DNA of 64,000 nucleotides from a virus (Duplodnaviria; Caudoviricetes): IMG/VR virus record IMGVR_UViG_3300037601_000088, positions 64,001 to 128,000 of that record; one strand, 5' to 3'. Shown piece by piece: positions 56,966 to 64,000 of this stretch (position 1 is its first letter; each line of letters starts with the position of its first letter). The notes under the pieces were generated by a model. It saw only the letters and a program-made list of their open reading frames with translations, ran no database searches and was not told where the DNA came from. The position numbers and the translations under genes were made by a program.

Positions 56966-57637
56966 TTGACATTTAGATTAAATGGAAAAGATTTTGTAGT
57001 TCCTGATGGCGATACTGGAACTACTGGTTATTTTAATGAAGAAACAGGTAAAGGAGATGGTCCTTTAGGTGATTACATGAGAGATCATGTTCAATACCTA
57101 GAAGCATCTAAACTTTATTTTTATGACAAAGTCTGTATTCAAGCCGGTGGTGCATTTGGTTTATATCCAATTTTATTAACAAAATATTTTAAGCACGTAT
57201 ATACAATCGAGGCAAACAAAAAAGCTGTTCCATATTTAGAACAAAATTGTAAAGATTATAAAAATATAACAATAATAGGTGGCATGGCATTATCAGATGA
57301 ATCTGATAAAATTGTTTATCTAAATCCAGGCCCCGACAGTAATTGGGGAATGACGAAGGTTGTGAATACTCAAACATTGAAAACTGACGAAGTTATAACA
57401 ATTACCATCGAAGATATTACTGATGAATATGACATACATCAACATGTTGGTTTAATTTGGTTTGATTTAGAAGGTTATGAATTAAATGCTTTGAAAGGGT
57501 CTGAAGGCCTCATTAAAGCAGATAAACCCATTATTGGTGTTGAAAGACCGTCGCAAGAGGTTAGAAATTATTTAAATTCACTTGGTTATGAAAAAGAAAG
57601 TAGGTCCTCTATGGATGTTTTCTTTTCTCCATTTTAA
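56966..57637 (+). CDS. FkbM-family methyltransferase
   Basis: IQAGGAFG.YP, IEA, N.G.T, DLEGYELNALKG. Confidence 0.85.
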   Translation: MTFRLNGKDFVVPDGDTGTTGYFNEETGKGDGPLGDYMRDHVQYLEASKLYFYDKVCIQAGGAFGLYPILLTKYFKHVYTIEANKKAVPYLEQNCKDYKNITIIGGMALSDESDKIVYLNPGPDSNWGMTKVVNTQTLKTDEVITITIEDITDEYDIHQHVGLIWFDLEGYELNALKGSEGLIKADKPIIGVERPSQEVRNYLNSLGYEKESRSSMDVFFSPF

Positions 57638-57650
57638 AAAAGTGATTCCA

Positions 57651-57830
57651 TTAGGATTTAAGTTTTTGTCTTTCCTGTTCCCTTTTTTCCAATTTTTGTA
57701 AAGTCAAACCCATAAGAATATCTCTTTCGAACGGGACAAGACTTTCAAATTCAGAAGGGCATATTTTTATTTCATCATTGAAAATATGCATCATTTGATA
57801 ATAGTGCTCGATTGGATAAACTTCGAGCAC
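57651..57830 (-). CDS. 51: Baseplate hub assembly protein gp51-like (59 aa, absent from ORF track)
   Basis: Hand translation VLEVYPIEHYYQ...EFESLVPFERDILMGL..Q..E; in the -1 frame relative to gene 26. Confidence 0.75.
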   Translation of the reverse strand: MLEVYPIEHYYQMMHIFNDEIKICPSEFESLVPFERDILMGLTLQKLEKREQERQKLKS

Positions 57831-58525
57831 TATCCTAAAAAATTCTTAATTCCTTTTATAACTTTTTTATCGCCACCAATTTCAAAATGATATTGAATTG
57901 AAGGCATTGTATTTAAAAATTTGAAAAATTCATTTGACATTCCTGGTATATTTTCAATAAATTTTTCTAATTCTTCTTTTTGTATATCAACACCAATTTT
58001 ACCAACCTCGTCTCCATTATAAACAGAATCGATGCAATCTACAATGGTTTTGTATGCAAGTTCGGCCTGGCTCATATTTCCCTGTATCTGATAGGAAAGT
58101 ACCTTTTCAAAGGAAAGATCTTTCATACGAAGCCCTACGGTATCATTAATTTCTATAGTATATTGATGATCTTCTGGAAAAGTCACTTCTAATTCTTCCA
58201 AATTAATTTTTATTGATTTGGCTTTATCCATTTTATCATCTTTATAATTTACTGTAATAATTTCACCTGATGACTTACTTCTAATACGTATCATGAGGAG
58301 TTCTATATCATAAGATTTTAAACTAGAAATAGAAATTCCAGGAGATAATATACATCCCTGAAGTACGTCTTTAATTGTTTTAGAAATGAATTTAGGATCT
58401 TCTGATTGAGAAACCATAATGAGTTTTTTCTCATCGCCAGTAGTATATGGTCTGTATTCTACTTCTTGCTTAATTGATGGTAATTCAACAGTATATGTTG
58501 GTTGATTAATAACTGGTAATTTCAT
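57830..58525 (-). CDS. 26: Baseplate hub protein gp26
   Basis: LP.I..PTY.VELPS....YRPY...EK.L, DIE.L...IRSKS.GE, F..MP, GI.NF. Confidence 0.9.
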   Translation of the reverse strand: MKLPVINQPTYTVELPSIKQEVEYRPYTTGDEKKLIMVSQSEDPKFISKTIKDVLQGCILSPGISISSLKSYDIELLMIRIRSKSSGEIITVNYKDDKMDKAKSIKINLEELEVTFPEDHQYTIEINDTVGLRMKDLSFEKVLSYQIQGNMSQAELAYKTIVDCIDSVYNGDEVGKIGVDIQKEELEKFIENIPGMSNEFFKFLNTMPSIQYHFEIGGDKKVIKGIKNFLG

Positions 58526-58543
58526 TATTTTTCCTATTATAAT

Positions 58544-59146
58544 TTAAACAGATATAAAGTCTGACTCTATAAATTGAGTCTCATTTTGAGACGATACTTG
58601 ATTTCCTTCAAGTAATTCTGTGGAATATGTCCTATAAGTAAATGTTACTGGTATTCTGGCCAAAGCATCATTTTGTTCCCATCCAAGCTGGACACTGCCT
58701 AATAAAACTGGGTGTGCCTTTTCCATTGTATATTTAATGACATTATTATCGCTGGCATCTTTTACTTGTATATCTAATGTTCCCCAATATTCTTCAGGGA
58801 AATATAAAGTCTCTTTTCCATCAGAAAAAGCAAAAGTTCTATCAATCCACTTTTGAAAAAGATTTAATACTTTATTTGAATTGTCAACAAACAAAGTTAG
58901 AGTTATGTCTTCAAAAGCAATAGAATTGACTCGGCTTTCATCTACGCCATAACCTTTATGTTTAAAATTTTCCGTTCCTAATGTTATAGAAGGAAGGTTC
59001 ACTGTTTCACATAAATATTGGAGTGTTCTTGTATCAGTCTCTGATATAAGATCTACTGGTGGTGTAATTTGTACAAGAAAACGATTCGAAGGTGTTAAAC
59101 CATTCGATTCATTAATTGCTCCGATTATATCATTAATACTGGACAT
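58544..59146 (-). CDS. Tail-tube-fold baseplate protein (gp54-like)
   Basis: NRF.V.I, LCE.V.LP, DITLT..VD, F.KW, A.P......L.W, VTF.YR. Confidence 0.75.
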   Translation of the reverse strand: MSSINDIIGAINESNGLTPSNRFLVQITPPVDLISETDTRTLQYLCETVNLPSITLGTENFKHKGYGVDESRVNSIAFEDITLTLFVDNSNKVLNLFQKWIDRTFAFSDGKETLYFPEEYWGTLDIQVKDASDNNVIKYTMEKAHPVLLGSVQLGWEQNDALARIPVTFTYRTYSTELLEGNQVSSQNETQFIESDFISV

Positions 59147-59162
59147 TATAAATATATTTATA
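59147..59162. promoter_or_regulatory. Palindromic pair of late promoters, one on each strand
   Basis: TATAAATA-TATTTATA palindrome between divergent late genes. Confidence 0.75.
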
Positions 59163-59175
59163 AGGAAAAATTAAA

Positions 59176-59535
59176 ATGAAATCATTATTATCTAATCCCT
59201 GGAAGAAATTAACATTATTTTTGGCATTGTGCTTTGCAACATTAATTCCTGTTTATGCATTCGGTCAATCTTCTTCCCCATTAAGAAGCTTATCTATTCC
59301 GGCCGTGTGTTATCCGTTTGAAACAATTGAAACAGAAATTTTAAATTCTTTTGGTGATGAAAATTCTGTTGTTTTTCAAATATCGGCTGGAACATATTTT
59401 GAAACTTCTGATATAACACTTAATTCTTATTTTTATATGGTAACACCGAGTGTTTTTGTTTCAGTTCTAGTTAATGATGAAGTTGCCTGTATTGTCGCCG
59501 TAGCTGATCCAAGAACAGAGGTAGATTCTCAATAA
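59176..59535 (+). CDS. Secreted or membrane hypothetical protein
   Basis: Signal-peptide-like N-terminus; AAGGA SD. Confidence 0.65.
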   Translation: MKSLLSNPWKKLTLFLALCFATLIPVYAFGQSSSPLRSLSIPAVCYPFETIETEILNSFGDENSVVFQISAGTYFETSDITLNSYFYMVTPSVFVSVLVNDEVACIVAVADPRTEVDSQ

Positions 59536-60005
59536 TGGGAAGATATAAACAGGGTGTATTTAATCCAATACACCCTGAAAAATATAAAGGTAATACGAAA
59601 AACATTATATATAGATCCAGCTGGGAATTAAAGTTTTTCTCAAAAATAGATCTAAATCCAAATGTTATCGAATGGTCTAGTGAAGAAATAATTATTCCAT
59701 ATGTATGCCCTTTATCAGAAGATAAAAAACAAAAAATAAGAAGATATTTTCCTGATGTTTATGTCAAATATCGGGATATTAAGGGTAATATAAGAAAGAC
59801 TCTTATAGAAATAAAGCCGCATAAACAAACGCTTCCACCAGAAATTCCTAAAGATAATTCTAGAAAAAGTAAAAATAGATTTCAAAAAGAATTGGCCGAG
59901 TTTGCTATTAATGAAGCTAAATGGAAAGCAGCTGAAATATATGCAGAAAAGAAAAATCTTGAATTTATAAAATTAACAGAAAAAAATGCAGGATTGCTGT
60001 TTTAA
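59535..60005 (+). CDS. 4: Head completion nuclease gp4
   Basis: G.F.P.HPEKYKG, YRSSWE, WSSEE..IPY, RYFPD, EIKP.KQT, N.AKW.AA. Confidence 0.95.
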   Translation: MGRYKQGVFNPIHPEKYKGNTKNIIYRSSWELKFFSKIDLNPNVIEWSSEEIIIPYVCPLSEDKKQKIRRYFPDVYVKYRDIKGNIRKTLIEIKPHKQTLPPEIPKDNSRKSKNRFQKELAEFAINEAKWKAAEIYAEKKNLEFIKLTEKNAGLLF

Positions 60006-60608
60006 ATGGCAGAACTTTTTACTAAAAAACTAGAAGATGCAATTCGAAGAAACGATTTAAAATATGGTTCTGAAGAATTGCGAGATTTTATGAGAGATAA
60101 AGCTCTTCAATCTATATCTAGAAATGTAAATCCCAGAAGATTAATTGATAAAAAAAAGGCCTCAACCGTTAGTATACCTACTCCCGGGGAAATGGTGTGT
60201 TATTTCTATGATGCCAAATGGAAAGACAAACTCCCATACTGGGATAAATTTCCTATGATTTTTTGTGTCGAAATTTATTCAAATGGATGGCTAGGAATAA
60301 ACTTGCATTATTTACCACCCATTTATAGGGCAAGAGCAATGGATATGCTTTATGAGTTACTCAACAATAAATCTTATGATGAAACAACACGATTAAGATT
60401 AACTTATCAAGTTTTAAAAAACCTATCCAAATTCAATTACTTTAAACCAACAATTAAACGATACCTAACTTCCCATGTTCAATCCAGGATTGTAAAGATA
60501 GATCCTACTGAATGGGATTTTGCAATGTTTTTACCAACAGCGAGATTTCAAAAAGCTCGTGATAGAAAGGTTTGGGATGATTCTATTAGTAAAATTATGA
60601 GGGGATAA
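60006..60608 (+). CDS. 2: DNA end protector gp2
   Basis: YDAK.KDKLPYWD.FP, G.NLHYL, IKRYL..HV, LPT..F.K. Confidence 0.95.
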   Translation: MAELFTKKLEDAIRRNDLKYGSEELRDFMRDKALQSISRNVNPRRLIDKKKASTVSIPTPGEMVCYFYDAKWKDKLPYWDKFPMIFCVEIYSNGWLGINLHYLPPIYRARAMDMLYELLNNKSYDETTRLRLTYQVLKNLSKFNYFKPTIKRYLTSHVQSRIVKIDPTEWDFAMFLPTARFQKARDRKVWDDSISKIMRG

Positions 60609-61055
60609 ATGGAAACATTCAAAGAATTTATAACAGAAGAAGGAACTTATTCAGCGCTTTATGCAGATGATAAAAGCGCTGAAAAACTTTATAAATGGTG
60701 TAACAAAAATAAAATAGTATCACAGGATAAATCCGAATACCATTGTACTCTTATCTATTCCAAAAAAAGATTGGAATATTTAGAAAAAATTAACGGCATG
60801 CCTATAACGGTTGAGTGTAAAATTAAAGAATGGAAAATACTTGGTAAAGCTTTAACCCTTCTTATAGAATGTGAGAATGTGAGAAAGCTAAATAAATTAA
60901 TGATGAATGCTGGCGCAACAAGCGATTTTCCATCATATATTCCTCATATTACAATTAATCCAGAATTTGGTGAAGGTGATTTGCCAAAAGATATTCCAGA
61001 TTTTAATATTATATTAAATACATTAGTAGTTAAAAAAATAGAAAAAAATGAATAA
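60609..61055 (+). CDS. acb1: Acb1/gp57B-like 2H phosphodiesterase
   Basis: GTY, HCTL.YS and D(F)PSY.PHIT HxT pair. Confidence 0.8.
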   Translation: METFKEFITEEGTYSALYADDKSAEKLYKWCNKNKIVSQDKSEYHCTLIYSKKRLEYLEKINGMPITVECKIKEWKILGKALTLLIECENVRKLNKLMMNAGATSDFPSYIPHITINPEFGEGDLPKDIPDFNIILNTLVVKKIEKNE

Positions 61056-61506
61056 TTTCAAACAATATCTTTTAGAAGGTCGTGATGCTCCATTATATCA
61101 TGGTACTGGATACTATGAAGCAGATAAAATTCTTTTAGATAATATTCTTTATTCTGGCTATTTTGTAGCACGCCCAAAAATATCATTTTCCCGTGATCTT
61201 AATGTTGCAAAAAATCATAGTGGAAATGAAATTGTTTTTATGATCAACCAAACAAAATTATCTCAACGATATAAAATAGATCCTTTTAATTATTATCAAG
61301 GCCACGGTACTCGTGTTGATAAAATAGGTAAATATGGTAGAATTAAAAGTGAGCAAGAAGAAACAGTATCAGCTAAAGCTATAACTAAATTTAATTCATA
61401 TATTATTAAAATATTTTATTTTGATAAGTCATTTTTACAAAAAGAAGAGAATTTCAAAAAATATCCTTATTTGTCTGAACATCCTCTTTTAGAATTAAAA
61501 AAATAA
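61048..61506 (+). CDS. ART-fold-like protein with capsid-targeting N-terminus (paralogue A)
   Basis: MNNFKQYLLE-GRDAPLYHGT...ISFSR...KL.QRYK.DP.N...EQEE. Confidence 0.6.
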   Translation: MNNFKQYLLEGRDAPLYHGTGYYEADKILLDNILYSGYFVARPKISFSRDLNVAKNHSGNEIVFMINQTKLSQRYKIDPFNYYQGHGTRVDKIGKYGRIKSEQEETVSAKAITKFNSYIIKIFYFDKSFLQKEENFKKYPYLSEHPLLELKK

Positions 61507-61525
61507 ATATAAATAAAGAGAAAAA

Positions 61526-61957
61526 ATGTCAGATCAAATAGAAGAAATCAAAAGCTTTAAAAGCTTTTTAAATAGAAAAAACAAAACCTTTGAAGATAGA
61601 AATATTACTCCTCAACAGAGAAAAAGGTTTGAACGCATGGTTGGTGATTTAGAGAAAGATCTAAATTACGAGCATACAAAAGCTTTTCAAGAAGTAAGAG
61701 ATTCTAAAGCAGAATTAAAACGATTAAGAGCTGAAATTAAAAAGCAAAAAGAAGAAATTAAGCGTAATAATGAAATTGCAAAAAGAATGAATCAAGATAA
61801 AAAAGAAGTTTCCTCTATTTTGAAAGCTTTTAAATCCGGTGATCTTTCTAAAATAGTTGATATAACTAGAACAATGGATAAAGAGACAAAAGACAAAATG
61901 GAAGATATTATGAATGAAGTTTTTAAAAAGCAACGCGATGAACTTGCAAAACTTTAA
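61526..61957 (+). CDS. Coiled-coil protein, possible internal head protein
   Basis: TATAAATA at 61508-15; IKSFKSFL motif. Confidence 0.65.
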   Translation: MSDQIEEIKSFKSFLNRKNKTFEDRNITPQQRKRFERMVGDLEKDLNYEHTKAFQEVRDSKAELKRLRAEIKKQKEEIKRNNEIAKRMNQDKKEVSSILKAFKSGDLSKIVDITRTMDKETKDKMEDIMNEVFKKQRDELAKL

Positions 61958-62426
61958 ACATTATCTTTTAGAGGGTAGAGATTCTTTATTATATCATACT
62001 ACGAATATTCATGCTGCAGAGAAAATACTTACTGAAAATCATTTAAAACCTGGTAGAAGTGGTAAAAGAAATCGAAATGCCATTTCCTTTACTCGTAATC
62101 CTCGTTTAGCCACATATTTTGCCGGATATACCTATCCTGTTATATTTGAGGTTGATCAAAGAAAGTTGGCACAGAGATATAAATTTGATCCGTATAATGA
62201 TTATTCACAAAGTCACAACAAAACAAGAATCACTAACGGTTATCAGGAATTTGAAGAAGCCTTAATAAGTAAAAACGGTGTTATAAATTTTAAATCATAT
62301 ATTACAAATATATTTGTAATACAAGAAACGTTAGATTTTATAGAAAAATACCATTCTGATACTTTTCCTGAATTATCAAAATACGATTTAAAAATCACCA
62401 AAAGATATAAATTAGAACGGCATTAA
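61938..62426 (+). CDS. ART-fold-like protein with capsid-targeting N-terminus (paralogue B)
   Basis: QNFKHYLLE-GRDSLLYHTT...ISFTR...KL.QRYK.DP.N...EFEE. Confidence 0.6.
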   Translation: MNLQNFKHYLLEGRDSLLYHTTNIHAAEKILTENHLKPGRSGKRNRNAISFTRNPRLATYFAGYTYPVIFEVDQRKLAQRYKFDPYNDYSQSHNKTRITNGYQEFEEALISKNGVINFKSYITNIFVIQETLDFIEKYHSDTFPELSKYDLKITKRYKLERH

Positions 62427-63352
62427 TGAATTTTTACGGAGAAAATGTTTTATATTGGGTAGGTGTTGTAAAAGAAATTGTAGATGAAACATTTGTTAAA
62501 GTCAGAATCTTTGGTGTTCACCCCTTAGAAGAATCAGAGGTTGATTCTCACGATCTTCCATTAGCTCAGGTAATTTATCCTACAATAGGCGGTCAGGTAG
62601 GTGGTGGTATGTCTGCTCATGATTTGCAGGTAGATTCCTGGGTTATTGGTTTTTCTTTCGATAAAACACACGCTCAACCGTTTGTTCTTGGTTCTTTTCA
62701 GGGAACAAGCTATTCAATGTCAACATATGCTCATGAATCTGGCGCCTTTGTGGGTCAACCAGGATCCTCTCAGAGCGATGATTCTTCACCCGGTGTTAGT
62801 ACAGGTGGAACATTAAATTTAACCGGCACAAACAACACAGAGCGCGTCTATAATTATGTTTGGGATAAACTAACTGAAGAAGGTTATACCGGCGATAAAC
62901 ATATTGTAATTAGTGGTATGATAGGGGTTCTTCTTTTAGAAACTCCAGGAATTGACCCCACCGTTGTCGGTGGTTATAGAGGAAGAGCTTGGGGAATATG
63001 CCAATGGTTAGGTTCAAGAAGAGCAGAACTCTTTAGAAGATATGGAAGAACACGTAGATTAGATGAACAGCTTGACTTTATGTGGTGGGAGTTAAATAAT
63101 ACAGAGGCAAGGGCAAAGGCCCGGTGGTTAAATTCTACAAATATTCCAGATGCTACTGCTGGATTTGCTTCTTTTGAAAGAGCAGAAGAATGGCAAAATG
63201 GTAGAATCAATCGTTCTCACAGAAATTTTCGGCTAAGATTAGAATATGCGTATCAAACATATAACTCAATAAGTTATACTGGGGGTGTACAAAATAATGC
63301 CGGCGGTGGTAGAGGTAATGTAGATCCTACGGGATTACAACGAATTATATAA
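62426..63352 (+). CDS. 5: gp5-like baseplate hub OB-fold fused to a tail-lysozyme domain
   Basis: WVGVV....VKVRIFG.H, LP.A, WVIGF..D....QP.VLG; then G....E, AWGICQW.G.R, QLDF...EL, FER. Confidence 0.8.
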   Translation: MNFYGENVLYWVGVVKEIVDETFVKVRIFGVHPLEESEVDSHDLPLAQVIYPTIGGQVGGGMSAHDLQVDSWVIGFSFDKTHAQPFVLGSFQGTSYSMSTYAHESGAFVGQPGSSQSDDSSPGVSTGGTLNLTGTNNTERVYNYVWDKLTEEGYTGDKHIVISGMIGVLLLETPGIDPTVVGGYRGRAWGICQWLGSRRAELFRRYGRTRRLDEQLDFMWWELNNTEARAKARWLNSTNIPDATAGFASFERAEEWQNGRINRSHRNFRLRLEYAYQTYNSISYTGGVQNNAGGGRGNVDPTGLQRII

Positions 63353-63370
63353 TAATGGAAAAAGTACAAT

Positions 63371-63913
63371 ATGACGGTTTATTCGAAAATAAAAAAGAAA
63401 ACTTATCCGGGCGGTCATTATAAATTATTTAAAATAACAGACCCCGAGGGTAATATAGAATATGTAGACTATGGTTTAACAAATTGGTTAGCTGAAAATA
63501 ATTTTAATAAAGCAAATGTTGTTTGGTTTCACGGGTTTGTTAGAAGCTCTCGATATTGTTTTTTGAAAGGTAGATTTGCCGGATATAGATTAGAGCGTGT
63601 TTCAGAAATAAAAAATGAAACATTTGATAAAAATCATAAAAAACTTGTACGGGAAGAATTTAAAAAGTATAAAATAGAATGTTCCCGTAATAAGGGCAAA
63701 AATATAAAATCAAAATTTAGATGGAAAATTGTTTCGCCGAACAATAAAATTTTTTATTCTAAAATAAGTCTTTCAAAATTAATTTCTGATAATAATTTAG
63801 ATGAGAAGCTTTTAAAAAGATTCTATGAAATTAGAAATAAAAAAAGAAATACTATAAAAAGCGGCAAATTTAAAGGATGGAAAGTTTATTCATCTAAAAG
63901 ATCCAAAAAATAA
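63371..63913 (+). CDS. Basic protein with two homing-endonuclease-type DNA-binding repeats
   Basis: Two units (F/W)KI..P......L.....NN(F/L)....G.F.G(Y/W); no nuclease motif seen. Confidence 0.55.
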   Translation: MTVYSKIKKKTYPGGHYKLFKITDPEGNIEYVDYGLTNWLAENNFNKANVVWFHGFVRSSRYCFLKGRFAGYRLERVSEIKNETFDKNHKKLVREEFKKYKIECSRNKGKNIKSKFRWKIVSPNNKIFYSKISLSKLISDNNLDEKLLKRFYEIRNKKRNTIKSGKFKGWKVYSSKRSKK

Positions 63914-63929
63914 ATATGTTTACATGATT

Positions 63930-64000
63930 GCGGGTATAGTATAATGGTAGTGCCGCAGCCTTCCAAGCTGTAAGTATCAGTTCGATCCTGATTACCCGCT
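63930..64000 (+). tRNA. tRNA-Gly(TCC), 3' end cut by the window edge
   Basis: GCGGGTA/TACCCGC-T; GCAGC-CT TCC AA-GCTGT. Confidence 0.9.

Noticed and set aside
4042-63210. Short antisense or nested ORFs in the track (e.g. 4042, 10926, 13253, 44787, 50900, 62974)
   Set aside because: Shadows of confidently identified genes, with no SD or recognisable motifs.
380-63913. Genome-wide TAG reassignment (code 15)
   Set aside because: Conserved genes are full length under code 11 with no internal TAG, and TAG ends genes at expected positions.
63919-63945. GTTTACA...TATAAT promoter-like sequence
   Set aside because: Spacer is 15 nt and the -10 lies inside the tRNA-Gly D-arm.
1-64000. CRISPR array, IS elements, introns or inteins
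   Set aside because: No repeat-spacer periodicity or transposase seen; thyA, 43, 41, uvsX and 46 are of normal length and uninterrupted.

Overview
64 kb of a large, AT-rich (roughly 30% GC by eye) T4-like myovirus genome, probably infecting an alphaproteobacterium (it carries a GapR/DUF2312 homologue and a GC-rich island of temperate-phage-type genes). Genes run on the - strand to about 28.9 kb and mostly on the + strand after that. Core T4-like genes present: regA, 62, 44, 45, 46, 47, 55, uvsW, uvsY, 3, 33, 32, rnh, 43, uvsX, 41, 25, 26, 51, 54-like, 4, 2 and 5. Accessory genes include NAD salvage (nadV and natV), thyA, DHFR, guaC, two RNA ligases, tilS, yqeY, alkB, macro and SLOG domains, acb1, glycosyltransferases, an amidase and spanins. 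There are 11 tRNA or tRNA-like genes. The best candidate for an undescribed system is an amber-readthrough switch: a CUA-anticodon tRNA (15903-15976) plus a leader ORF (11262-11303, MITFL-amber-KKIFKPP-stop) placed so that readthrough could free the sequestered ribosome-binding site of an unknown 153-aa gene. Other notable signals are a U-UUU-UUA plus hairpin -1 frameshift site that would fuse gp26 to gp51, a cluster of proteins with T4-type capsid-targeting N-termini (Acb1 and two ART-like paralogues), a shared GAUAGAC-hairpin leader on both NAD-salvage genes, two aberrant CCA-ending tRNA-like RNAs, and two promoter-driven structured non-coding regions (about 146 nt and about 600 nt). All calls come from motif reading by eye; no searches or folding programs were run.
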